Part shown: positions 1 to 13,200 of the stretch, one piece after another | How positions within the stretch are numbered: position 1 is the stretch's first letter | Layout of the letters: each line of letters starts with the position of its first letter | Program-made: the position numbers and the translations under genes | The notes under the pieces: generated by a model | The model's input: only the letters and a program-made list of their open reading frames with translations | Database searches by the model: none | What the model was told of the DNA's origin: nothing | Origin: Raillietiella orientalis | Lineage: Eukaryota | Assembly (NCBI GenBank): GCA_036172245.1 | Contig: JAYWIR010000005.1 | Coordinates: 372,001-436,000 of the forward strand | DNA length: 64,000 nt | Reading direction: 5' to 3'

Positions 1-2410
1 TTGGCACAACCAGACCAATTTACCCGAGGCGAAGGAACGCAACTGCGGTGGGAGAAGATAGACACTACTGAAACCCACTGGCATGCAGTCGGAACTTTGG
101 GATTTGGGCGGTGACTATTTTTCGTACATGCAAGAAGAAAAAAGCTTCATCAACGAAAAACGCCACGGTAGCGCCATCCCGATGCAGCGTCGCGTGAGAA
201 ATCACAGCCTCGCTACTCGGACGTTTCCAGGCTATTAAACACCGTCGGATACATTGCCTGCTGAAGACATCGCAACCTCTACAGGCAAACGGACGCCGGT
301 TCCATCGTCAGCGTTGTTCCGCAGAGGGGGAACAGAGTTTTCCCGAGGAAATAACTGAAAGCGACGCTCGAGCTGTCGATGGTCGCAAGGGAACAACAGT
401 TGCTAGCAGTTGTTCTAGAGATTGCTTCTCTAGAATCACCACCACGTTTCGCAACACCGTGCTGGGAGACATCGATCGAGCCAACCAGACTTGGGAGCAT
501 CCGAATCGGCATGGCCGGAATGATTCCTTTCGTTCTTATCTGGATTACCATACGCAAAGAAGGCAAAGGAAAAGTTGAGCGTGACGTCAAGGCGACCACA
601 TCACGAGACCGGAGGAATCCGACGCTTGAGACGTTTTGCGGAGGACACGCGCGCTAACGATGGTCGAACCCGGCCTAACCTCTCGAACGGAACGGTTTGG
701 GTTTCCCGGCACGATTTCCTCTCGCAGCAGCACCCTGATGATAAATTCTGGCTCGACTCCATGCCAGCGTGCCTAGGCAACAAGTGGAAAGCCAGAAGGG
801 GGGGGGAGGGGGAACACGAAATTGGATATACCCACGAAAAGACTTCTTTACGGCATGTCCACACAACTGTGCACGGCACTTACTCTTAGCTGCTCCTAAG
901 CATGAAGAAGCTGAACACGACCATCGATCGCATGCGACGGTGTCGACCGGGGAAAAAAAAAAAAAAAACACCTCCGCTCGAAGAAACTCATTTTGCCCAA
1001 TGGCTGCAAAGAAAAACGGGAAGGGGGGGGGGATCTGCCGAAATACGAATGGTTTCAGGAATGAAGAACCAAGAAGAGCTACACGTTGCCGACCGCTTTT
1101 ATATCGAGGAAGCACAGACCCGTACGTAATCTCCCAACTCGGATGTTTGCTTTGCTGACCCACACAGAAATGCTGCTGCTGCTGCACCAACACGCGGCGG
1201 CGGGGCAGTGGTCTTCGCCGGCGCTCCTACTTTGCGCGCGCGCGCTTGTCAGCGCATGGCCGCAACCGGTGGTGCTTGCCGTGTAACGTGAACTCCACGT
1301 TCTTTGCCACCGTCGCCATCATACCCAGCAATTCGTGTTGTGACCCTCCCTCGCGGTGCAGCTGATTTGTGTCTACCTATTTCAATTGCGCAGCGGGGAA
1401 GAAAAAAGAAAAAAAAAAAAAAACGGTCCGCGGAATCGCGTGGCACACGTCCCGGCCCACGGTTGGCGAAATTTTACTTGCCTGGTGCTGCTGCTGCGAA
1501 CCCAAAAGTAAACACTTCTCAAAGACGCGTGTGAAGTATCTCTCTCTGCTCGTGCTATAAACGTTTACGTCTTTTTCTGTGTGTGTGTCAAATCACAGAT
1601 TCTACACACACACACACACACACCATCAGTTGGGCAGGGCGTGCGCATGGATGAGCAGCAGTAGCGGAATGGTTTGGTTACCATCGCACGCTTACTGCAA
1701 TGCAACACCATCAAATCAAAACAAAACAAAACAAAAAAAAAGGTCAGCGTAGTTTGCTGCTGATGGGAGAAAGAAAGCAGCAGCACTACTGCTACAGAGG
1801 CACACTCGGACAGAAAGAATGGATTCCACCTTACGCAGAAGACACCTCCCGCCTGGGTCCCAAGCCTAGCCACTGCACATTACGGCGTGGAGTGGTCAAG
1901 CAAACAACTTTCCTCTTGTTTACAAGGAAGCCTTGCAGAAAAGGAAGCCTCCCCACGTTAGCACACACGTTTGGTTTCAGCATCTCATGGAATCTTACGG
2001 CATTCGATGGAGGGGCGAGCTTCGGACGAGTTGGGGGCGACCAAACACATACCACCACCTACGAGGTTTTCAGAGGCTCCTCAACATGTAGTACGAGAAA
2101 ACATTAAAAAAAAGTGCCATGGATCGTGCCAAACGCAAGTCTTTGTTTTGCCTTTTTTTTAAAAACAAAAACAAAAACAAAGTGAACCCCCCAATCTAAC
2201 ACAATGGGACAACGTTTCACTCCGTAAAAATGAAGCCTACAGAAAACAGAAAACATTAGACAGAAAGTGCCCATCCTCAAGCTGCTCATCCGGCGTTCTT
2301 TTCGAAGTCTTCGGGGAGCAGAATCCAGTGTCTCCGTGCGCATAAGCAAGGCTACCACCACCACCAGCTAAGGTGTCCAAACATCTGTCACGGGTTGCCT
2401 GTTGTTCCAT
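1..2410 (-). other. Possible multi-exon transcript (orphan coding or non-coding), unresolved
   Basis: A series of short GC-balanced blocks bounded by minus-strand acceptor/donor-like sites (e.g. ctgcaag|..TCTGC|gtaagg at ~1930-1835; cctag|..GAGAG|gttagg at ~772-680), separated by A-run and microsatellite spacers. Possible start MEQQATRDRCL at 2410. I could not build one continuous frame or recognise a family. Confidence 0.2.
1604..1623. repeat. (CA)n microsatellite
   Basis: Direct reading. Confidence 0.9.
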
Positions 2411-2574
2411 AGCAGTAAAGGGAGATCTTCGCGGCTTGCAGAAGTTTCCAAGCTGCGGAAAGAACGCCACCCAAAGTACCTGCACGGCTGCCAGCGTCGC
2501 CCGGAGGGTGCAGAAACAGAAGGCCAAACAAAAAAACAAAAAAAAAAATCCAATTGGTGATGGTTCAAATAATT

Positions 2575-3702
2575 TTTATTTTCAGCTGAACGGTTCTTTC
2601 AACAAATACATCATTTGCTCTTTTTAATCGAAATTGAGTAAAGACTTTTAAATACATTTACAAAACGCTCACTGCCATCTCGATTAAAAATTTAGACGAA
2701 TATTAGTTGAAAACAATCGTGTAATGAATGCAGTATACTATGATGATGATGATGATGATGAAACCAAAATAAATTTCACAAATAATAAAAAATACGAAAT
2801 CATCATGAAAATACATAGAAATGCACAAAGCACAAAAAATATTCTTAATTCTCTGAAGGAGCATTAATATGAAATTTATTACATAAACAAAGCAAATTAA
2901 TCACTGGATTCACTTCATTAATTAAATAAAAAATATATATATTTATGCTGATATACATACATCTATAATATGTATTCTGTAATATATGAAATAAGAAAAA
3001 ATACAACATGAATCACAGCCCAAACACGATGATCACTAGGTTATTTTTTTTCTTTTTCTCTCTCTCTCTCTTATTTCTCTCTCTCTCTCCTCTTTCTCTC
3101 TTTTTTTGTATACATTCGTGATCACCATGAAGTGTGCAAGAAAACATTTCTTGCACGTTATTAATACCTAAATAATTTACAAAAAATAACTATATATATA
3201 TACATATACAGACAGAAGAAATATTACAGGGAGGGGGAAATTTCTTATTCTTCTCTTTTTGTCACATCGATACGACATTGGCCGCCTTCTCACTCAAGAG
3301 ATAAAAACTGACATTTGTTGATGCTCTCCAGGTTATTATTATTATTATTACTATTTTTTTCTCTCTCTCTCAAATAAGTTTTTTGTGTGTGTGTCTGTGT
3401 ATGTGTGTGTATGCTTTTGCTTTGTTTTTGTTTTTTTTTGTTTTTTTTTTTTTAAAGCTGCGTGTGATCGGATTCGGGATTCCTCGTGTTCACCATTTTC
3501 ATCGAATTCAACGGATTCCATGTCATCAAGTACTGCCTTCTGCCTCACATCCTGATTCTGATGAAACGAAAACTTTTGACTCTCGGTAATTTCCAAGGAA
3601 TCTTATACCATTGGCTTACCAAACAAAACTTTGTCAAACTCAAGTTTTCACTACAATGGATGGATCGATGATGATTTGGGACGTCTTCATCCTGGACTTT
3701 CA
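2575..3702 (-). other. spen 3' UTR, AT-rich, with candidate AATAAA signals at 2880-2875 and 2580-2575
   Basis: AT-rich, low-complexity tract after the TGA with no credible coding frame; TTTATT on the plus strand at 2575-2580 and 2875-2880. Confidence 0.55.
2740..2760. repeat. (ATG)n microsatellite
   Basis: Direct reading, 7 units. Confidence 0.9.
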
Positions 3703-4244
3703 TCACACTGTAGCAATAACGATTAAGAGATGAGCAATATCAGCAACACTGTGCAGAAGATCGGGCGCGATTCGTGCCAGGTTCTCATTGGAAAAATCAC
3801 ACGAAGGAAAAATGTGAACAACGTACGCAGGCTGAAAGGGGGGAAGCGAATCGGTGGTGCTGCGCCTCGTGAGCAAAGCCAAACCTGCTGTGACCCCGGC
3901 ATGGCGACATTCACGATACCCGCGGCTTGCTTCAACTGTAGGTACGTGATGAAGCCGGACCGGAGGTTGTTGGACTGCTGAAGTACATCCATGTGATCGT
4001 GGCCGCACGGCAGGGCTAAGACAATGCAATGCTCGGCTTCCATTTGCATCTTCCTGGCGACTCCTTCAAGCTGACTCTGCTCGAAGCGCATCCTCTGGGC
4101 AATGCGCAACGGCGGCGACGTCCCGTCCGAATTCACAGGCAGGGAGCCGCGCGCCACTTCGGGATTTCCGGATACGAAGTGCATTTGCACGGCTGCTTGG
4201 TCATTTTTCAATGCCAACAGACCTTGCCACACTACGGGATAGCG
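3703..4244 (-). CDS. spen: SPOC domain exons of spen (two exons, 53-nt intron 3832-3884)
   Basis: RYPVVWQGLLALKNDQAAVQMHFVSGN...PLRIAQRMR...GFITYLQLKQAAGIVNV...AYVVHIFPSCDF...HLLIVIATV*; the basic residues of the SPOC co-repressor-binding patch (LALK, LRIAQRMR) are retained. Confidence 0.97.
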
Positions 4245-7200
4245 CTGAAAAAATAAAAATAATAGCAAGTACTGCGTTGCATTCCATTCACAACCTTGAC
4301 GTTACCTGTAACAAAATAAGAAGAGAATCTGCCTGGGGAGGAACCTGGGAAGCGTACGGAGGGGTCTGGACTTGGGTGTGCGAGTGGGGTGTTATGGGCA
4401 AGTTCAAGATTGGAGACGGTGAAGCTGCTTCTGGGGGTGCAGAAGGGTGACTTCTCATCGGAAGAGCTGACAGTGGAATATCTGGTGTTGGAAACTCGGC
4501 GTTTGAGCGAGCATCCTGATACATGCTGCGCATGTGGGGAGAGATGAGCCGTTGGACGTGGCGTGGCGGATGATACAAGTTGGCAATGATGGGCGAATCA
4601 CTGCTCCTGTCGCTGCTAATAGAGGACGCTGACTGATGAAGGTGTAAGGAAATGTGAGATCGAGGGCTCTCTTCTTTGTATTTGTCCTTTTCTTTCATAC
4701 CTAGGAGCGGCAAATTCAAGAGTTTCCGACTCGAAAGGACACATACCGGGAATGTTATAAGGTTGTATTCTATGTATGGACTCGTGAGATGGGCGCAGGT
4801 ATTGCTGGAGCATGAACTGGTGTGGCATCAACTGTTGCGATATCTGATTGGGAAGAATCCGTAGAATGTCCTGCTGGTGTGCAGTTGGCGGAGTGTTGGG
4901 CGGGGGCGTGGACTGGCACACTTCACGCGAAGACATGAAATGGGGAACATCCACAAGCCTGTTCTGGTTGCGAATCTTCGAGACATATTGTAAAGATCAC
5001 GGAACACCACAACCACTGAGGCACTTACTATGCTGGAGTCAAACGCGGACATGCTGTTCTCGTGTTTGTACAATGAGGCACTGATATCTTCAGCTTTCAC
5101 CGCTGGGATGAAAGGGACTCTCAACTCTTTACTGGGCTAGGGGGAAAGAAAGGAAAAGTATACGCACTTGTGCCTCCCTCCAAGCGAGCATGATGATGCC
5201 TTACCAATAGTTGGACGTTGTTCACAGAAGACTGCACACTTTGTGGAGGATGTGAGTAATCGTACGAAACTTGCTGCTGGTTCACTTGGGAAGTCAATTT
5301 TTGCGGAACTTGAACATTATTCAGCTGTACGATATCCGTATTGCATTTCTGCAGATCCGATGCATAAGCATACTGATTAACCTTATCAAGATTTGGTGAA
5401 TGCAAATTGCTGGAAAACAAATGCCGTCGATAACAAACGAAGCACTACCTGGAAGATCTAGGTACCTTGAAATCTTTTTTGCAAACTCCCTGGGACGTCC
5501 TTGTTGCAAAACTGAGGGGCGATTACATATGCTGCTGGAAACTGCACTCATCGGCATGCTTGTCAACGGCGATTTGGGGAGGCAGTCAAAGTTAGATGCC
5601 TTGGTCAGCTCCACATTTACCGAGCACTCTACTGATTTTTTGGAATTCTCTAACGACAGGATCACTTCCTTATTGATCACAGTTTCTGGAGGCTTATGGA
5701 TGGGAATTTCTGAATGACTAACAGCAATGTACTGTCCTTCACCAGACTCTTTCATCGGTGTGAGAATGCCAGTTACAGGATCTATGAGCTTCGTTGGCTG
5801 CCGCTCCAACAACTTGCTGTTTAACACTAGTTCGTAACTGTGGTCAGGAGGATTTACAGTGCCGGCATTCTGTTCGAAATGCCTCTCCAGAACTCTTTCT
5901 CCTGTATTGCACTTACTGATGTGGGGTTCATCTGCTTTCGTAAGAAATACAAACTGACTAGACTCTCTAATAGCATTTATTGTTAACTGGTCTTGGTTCT
6001 GAATTAATTCCTTCCTCTTATTGCAAATTTCTAAGCTGCCGACGTTTCCCTCGCATCTGCTCTTCCGAATAACTTCGTCGATAATGTCATCGACTGTAGT
6101 TCTGCTGTCTTTCTCCTGAAGTCTCTTCGACTTACGAAGATTAGCTGGCAATTTGGAGAAATCCGTTTCCAATATATCTCTATTTGCTTCCAACAAGGAT
6201 TTTCCCATATCAGTTTCTTCCAAATCATCGACGTAGCTTAAAAGTTTTGGTTTATCGGTTTCATGTGATTCTGGATTCCTCTCCGGAATGCTCACTTTGG
6301 CTTCTTTAATACAGATCTGATCTTTGTCGATATTCTCTTTCTCTTCTTCTGGTTCACAAAATTCGAAAACATCAAATCGTTTCTTATCGATGGAAGAAAC
6401 ACTCTCGAAATTAAGTGTTTCTGATTTCTCAGGCAAACCCTGACCGCTGTCGCTTACGGATTTCGTGTACACATCACCAAAATGATTGTTGGAACATGCG
6501 GATTCATCCTTGCTAGTAAGGACAGCCGCATGTGCTGCATCAGAGTCACTGCGGCCTGTACATCTTGTAACCTTTTGCAGCTCCGGAGCAGCATGCATTT
6601 CGTGAGAATTACTTTTCGTGTCTTCAACTGAATGTTTCGATAACACACCGGGATCCGTTACCCTGTGCCCATTTGTCGAGGTAAGACTTTCGATGGGCTG
6701 CAACGTGGTTGCAACGTAACCTTTCAAATTTGTGCCTGCTTCTGCATTATCACAATCCAAATCGTTGTCGTCTGTTCCACTTCCAGGATCACATGAATCG
6801 GGAGGAGTTTCCGATATTACCAAATTACCTTCATCTTTGTCTTGCGAGTCCTCATTTTCCATCAAAAATTCCAGCTTTTTCGTATCATTATACAGCTCAA
6901 CCTGATTCAGGTAATTGGATTCACCAATTTTGCCCTTCTCGTCTTTCGTTGGGAAACTACGATCAAATTCAACGGGGAGCTGATTGTGAACGGTTTCACT
7001 TGATTTGATGATATCGTCATCACCTTCACTCTTCAAAATACTTGGTGCCGGTTCCCTATTTTTCACAGAATTAGAAAACGAATCAAGTATGTGGCTTGTT
7101 TCTGATGGCAACAAAACTTCCTTATTGGTAACCGCTGCCGAAACGATTACCTCGGGAGATTCCTTCTTGGCACTGTTCGTCGGAGTGTCCATGTCATGAA

Positions 7201-10200
7201 TTTGACCTTGATGCCTCATGTTTAACAGAGGCATTTCGGATTCCAAAATCTGAACTGCTTGCTGCGCCTCATCGTCCATGATAACAGAATTATCTTGCGA
7301 ATGATCATCGGAAACTTGTTCCACCAACGGAGACTGCTGGACGAAGTTATTGTAGTGAAAAGTTTCCCCCAGTATGGCAGCCACTGCGTCATCCGTTTCT
7401 TCCTGAGATATTATGGTACGTGGTTTGATGTCATCGTCCTTCTTTTTGACAGCACTTTTGCATGCTGACGGTACTTCCAAATGGTCACTTTCTACAACAG
7501 CTGTCGGTATCATCATGCTGTGATCTGATCCCGACTCCACCTTTTCTGAGACATCGGAAGTTACCTTTTCTGGTTCACACTCAACGGCGAGAGTTTTTTC
7601 AACACAACCATCAGGAATACTCGAAACAGAATTCTTTTTCCTGTTTTCGGCAAATGGAGAGAAAGCAACTTCGGGCATAACCGCCTGATTAGCGTCTGCA
7701 TCGGTGGCAGAACTCTTGTTTTCAACAGCTGACGTCGACTGCAATACGGAAAGTCTCGAAAAGAGAGGTTCCGCAACGTCTCGGTTAGCAGACGGCTGGT
7801 CAGATGCAACGTCAACTTGCTCCTTTGCGTTCCTGTTTGGAAAATGATCCACTATCGTCTCACTCGCAACGACGGTTTCAGGATGTTTCGTTTTACAGAC
7901 ATCCTTGGAGTTTTTCCTCTCGTGACTTTCAATTTTTTTATCGTTCCCGGTCAGTTCCTTCTTTCCTTCAACTTCATCGGTACTTTTGGCTTCGTGCACA
8001 TTTGGATGATGAGTCTGCGAGTCGGAAAATGTTTTACTGACTTTTTCATCGACGGTTTTCTTAGGCTGTAAGTTTAAACTCCGTTTTCGTTTTAACCTTT
8101 CTTGCTCTTCTGCATGCGATGAAACCTTCCTACTTTCATCGGAATGTGATCTGGAGAAGCAGTGTTTTTTCAGTGGTGGATCCACTAAAGAATCGGAATC
8201 TGAACCATAGACATCAGAAACTTTCAGTTTATTGGTGGGATGATTCTGTTTTGATGAAATATTTGACTTAATAGACAACGGAAGTTTCTTGGAATCGACT
8301 ACTCCTGAATCTGAATCAGACATGGGCCCAAAAATTTCCTCCAGTTCCAGGCTTTTATGGGATTTTTGCTTGGCTGCAGAGCAAGCGTTCGTGCTGGCTG
8401 CTTCGATAAGAGAATCACTGTTTGGATCAGTTTTCTCCGTTTTCGAGCCGTCCCCGCACTTCTTGGAAGTACGAATGGTCTTATTAGATGGTGACACTTT
8501 TTCTTTATGAGACTTCTGAGCTGACATTAAGGAGGATTTCAATTTGAAACGGGACTTTTTCACTGTTTTTCCGTGTCTATCGTACCTAGTGTCAGTTTTG
8601 ACGTCAACACTGTCGTGCCCTTTATCGTACTCGTCATCAACACCGTTGTTATTAATGGAACACTTCTTAAATGTCGTCAAGCTTTCATTTCGTTGCTCCT
8701 CCGTATCACTGTCCTCCGAAAACTGACTAGCTGCTTTGGATAAACCTTTTTTAAAACACAAATCTTCCTTAATTTCCGAAATCGAACTACAATCCGGCAT
8801 GGTATGTGCACTTTCTTTCTTTTCATGCTTAATGGTCTGTTCCCTTTTTTCATCGGTTTGCTTTCCGATCTTTGTCGTTTCAGACTGTTTGAGTTTGGAA
8901 TCTGCATAGTGCTCATTTTCAGACTCACAGAAGGGTCGGCTTTTGCTAGGTATGTTTCGATGGAGTTTCTTTTTCTTTTTGGAAGGCAAAGAACCTTTTC
9001 CAGAAGAGCACTGCAACTCATCACCTGACGAACTATCGAAGGTGTACACTCGCTTCTGTTTTTTGCTGTGTTTCGAAGTGTCGGCATCAGATTCATTGTC
9101 ATGGGAAAACGCCTTCAGTTTTTCTTTACGTTTCGCTCGTTTCTGCTTCAATATGGAAAACTTGTCTTTGACGGTTTCCTGCTTTTTAACAACCGTCTGC
9201 TTTTGCAAATTCTTGCAAGACCGTGCTTTTACTTTGTCGTACATGGAGAAATACACAGGTTCGTTCTCGTCGATTACGACATCAAAAATAGAGTGTCTCT
9301 TGAGCTCTGGTTGGTAATCCTCATCACTGCTGTCATCGCTGGATATTCGTTTTTTCCTCTTCATTTTATTCTTTTTAAGACGCTCGTCATCCGATTCCAC
9401 AGCTTTCCTGGCTGTGCTCGACTTTTTGCTTTTAGCATTTGCGTCTACTTCCGTTTCGCTTTCAGATTTCAACTTTTCTTCTTTTCGAAACGCTGCAACC
9501 ACGTGTTTCTTTTTCTCTTCCTTAACCTGCGTGGGGTTTTTCGGCTTTTCCGTATTCTTTGTCAGTTTCTTTTCTTCCCGCGATTTTTCGAATACTCCGG
9601 ACTGGGATTTTGTTTGAGAAGTGATGCACCTGATCAGCTTTGCTTTTTCGTCAACGCTTTCGTCAGTTTCCTGAACTTTTTTGGAGATCTTGTCCGATTT
9701 GTCCTCCTTCTGTGTGTACTGAAGAGTTGTATCAAAACTGAAAATCTGCTCTTCTTCTTGTCGAGAAGTGGAAAGGTTTGCTTTAAAATCTTCCATTTTT
9801 GTTTTATCGACACAGCTTTTCGTTTTCGTGAATGGATAAGAAGGATTCTCTTTTCTGACTTTATGAATCGTTGCAGTGTTCTTTGCGTTGTCGCATCTGG
9901 ACTCCGATTTCTTATTCCCATCTTCAGATCTCCTTACTTTTTCAGATTTCTGATCATCCGTCTTTTTGGATTTGCTTTTCGGGTCATCATCCAGCTTCTT
10001 AAATTTATCAGCTTCTGGTTTTTTTGTTTTATCGTGCTTGCACTCGCTATCTTTCAAAACAGATTTCTCACTCTGTGAACCTTTCTTTTCCACGACTTCG
10101 GACTTTCTGGATTCCTTTTTATCAGTTGAACTTTCAATACGACTCGATTTTTCTTTGGTAGATTCCGTATGAAATGCTTTCAACTTCTTTTCACCATCTT

Positions 10201-13200
10201 TGTATGCCTCAACTTTTTGACGCTCAGTTTTTTTATCGGGATCATTCTCCAAAGACCTTTTCTTACTAACAGAGTCCATAAATTTATGATTTTCAGTCAT
10301 TTCCCGTTTGTATTTTTTGTTGCATAAATCGTTTGCATCCGATTCTTTCTTAACTTGCTCTTTGTCGAGGAGGGGAATTTCATCTTTGTCTGCAACTTCA
10401 TCACGGGGTACTTCGGTGGAGGTTTCTTGAACGTATTTTTTGGTTTGACAACTGTTTCCCTGTAATTCCTTTTTGACATCCATCCTTTTCGAACAATCTG
10501 AAAACAAATCTTTCGAATGATCTGGGATGACACAAGCTTCCTTTCTGATTTCGCTGGCTACAGCGTGCAGCTCTTCTTTATCATCTTTCTTTGTGTGCTT
10601 GATGTCTTTGTTCTCATTCTGCGCAACTAAATTGAAATGCTTTTCCTTGGATGTTCTCTCCTTTTTTTCATGGGATGTATTTTCTGACTTTACGTCCTTC
10701 CTAGATGTAACAGGCTGATTACTCGTGCTTGCTGGAACCGGTAGAGAGAGCACCCAGTTTGCGACTTGGGGTTTAATACGTGGGGATATCACTGATGCTT
10801 CTGATCTGGACGAAGACACCAAGGGCGATGAAGAATCTGAATCATATCGAAGAGTTTTGCTGCCATCGGATGAGCGATGCATCTTTACATCTGACACATT
10901 CGAATTCGCCAATTTAGAATTCACAAAACCTTGGGGTATATTGCCATAAACGTATGAGAGAGAAGAAGCAAAGCCATCGGAAGACAAGTTACTTTGCTGC
11001 ACAGAAGCATTTTCAGTCATTTGCATGGGCGAAGGACGTTTGGATGCATGAGAGTTTGAATAATAGCTCTTCAATGAGGAGTACACCGAAAATGAAGTCT
11101 TGGATGCACTGCTGGATGCAGGAAATGAACTTTTCAAAGGTACAGCAGTATGGAGTTCACTGTCTTCAGGAGTCCAGGATACTACATTCGCGATTCTTGA
11201 TAACGACAACGCATTTGATTGGTCAGAGTTAGTCTGGGCAAGATTGCTTTTCGAATCTGCGGATGTGGAAATTCCGTATTTTTCGTGCAGATTCTCTAGT
11301 CTCTTTAAATCCTCATCGAAAACACTCTTTCGAGCAAGTAACGATTTCACTATTTCGGATGGGCGATTACGCAATTCCTCAAAATCCACTATTTTATACC
11401 TGCGACGAAAACTGTCCAAGTCCGTCTTCGTCAAGACATCATTTGTTGTCTGTGGTGTATTGCGAGTACTTCCCGACCATTTTTCATATTTCTCATCCAA
11501 CAACTTAATTTGATCTTCCAATGAAGAAGCAGTAGGTGACATGACTGGGGAGGCCTCGGAATCTGAAGAATTTTCCAGTTTTATGACGTCGTTACATTTC
11601 GGGGAGACTGGTGTCGAAACTGTTTCCTCTTTTGTTTCCTCTTTCGCTGAACTTAACCCGCTGGGCACAAATGAAGATTTTGGTGACTGTGACGGAGATC
11701 TAATGGAATGTATAGATTGGGATGGGCTAGACACGGATTGCACTGAGCATGTTTTCGCTAACACAGCAGGAGTGCGTAATCCAACATTTTGAGCAAATAA
11801 AGGTAATGGCAAAAACAAGGGGCCTTCTGATGGCTTTTCTCGTACACGTCTGGGTTCTGCAGGGATATCCGGTGGATTCTCATCGAACAAGGGAGTTCCA
11901 GGACGGCTATCTTCCGAAGCATACCTGTGTCTGACAGATGTGGGCGATTCTTCTGTGGTGTCACAAATAGCTTTTAGCCGATTTGGACAATTCTTCCACA
12001 TGTTGAATGTATCTGGAGAGTTACCCAAGATAACATTTGAAGACGGGCTTTGGGTCACCGTGAAAGCAACATTATCAGGAACATGATCTCCATAAAAACT
12101 TTCTGAACCGATTCTACCAGAGTCCTTCAGTTTCACATTGGGGCACGCGTTTTCAATTATGTTCATAATCTGATCAGTACTTTCTGGTACACTAGGAATT
12201 TTATTAAAAACACTATTAACAAGATCACTCGACCTTTCGACACTGTGAACACAACTGATTTGAGAAGTGAGTATTGTAGGAATGATACCACTAACTGAAG
12301 TATTAACACTTATTGCTGCACAATCACTTTTCGCAATATGGTCAGCACTGCCGGTAGTTTTTTGATCAGAACTTGCACTAGAATTGGTAATTTCGTTAGC
12401 CACGTTCAACTTGCTTTCTATGAGCTTTGAACATTCGCTTGGTGTTTCCTTGCTAACAAGAACATTTTTCGATGCAACGGGCACCTCCGGAAATGTCACT
12501 TGAGAATCATCATTTGACGACTTTCGTAATTTTTTATCGTTTTCCACTTTTGATTTCGAAAATTTATGTTTTGGTCGATCAGGATGGCTTACACCATTTT
12601 TGCTATTAATGGAAGGCGAATAACCTTTGGGGAAGAGATCGTCTGTTCGTGTTTTCCACGTATGTGTCTCATCACAGACTTTTTCATGACTAGGGCTAGG
12701 AGGCCGATCTGGCTCACTACGTCTATCACGCGGTGGGGACGTGCAATGGGCAACTTCGAAAGAAGGAGACAAACTATGACCTTTCGGATTCCCATGATCA
12801 TCGACTTCTCGTCGTTCCCGCTGAGAATACCCATACTCCCTAAGCTCTGCATCATAGGAATCGTCATAGCTCGCTGTGCTGCCCTGACTGTATTCGTCAT
12901 AGTTCCTACGACGAGAACATTTTAGCATGCTTGTTTAATAACGTGAAAAATCAGCAAGAATCAATTCAAAAAGGAAACCTAATGTCAATGTCTAACAAGT
13001 AACACAGTAAGCATACCTTGATCTTCTATCACTGTAAGATTCTGTGTAAGGTAATCTCCTTCCTAGGGTATGCGTGTTTCCATTGGTTAGGCTCCACGAT
13101 CTCCTTGGATAACCACGTGCCAACGAAAATTCCCTGCTGCAAGAAAAAACAAAAATGAATTACCACTGACTCATCAATTGCGATCACAACAAGCACACTT

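Noticed and set aside
1578..1623. (TG)n/(CA)n inverted pair as a functional hairpin
   Set aside because: Both microsatellite orientations are abundant throughout the window, so a chance pairing is expected.
5321..5465. C-terminal tail of the 2535-aa ORF as real protein
   Set aside because: Read-through past the donor at 5466/5465; the spliced frame continues in exon 5409-5205.
5400..12925. Plus-strand ORFs within the spen giant exon (e.g. 9068..10078, 336 aa)
   Set aside because: F/L/S-rich antisense shadows of K/E-rich codons, with no independent coding signal.
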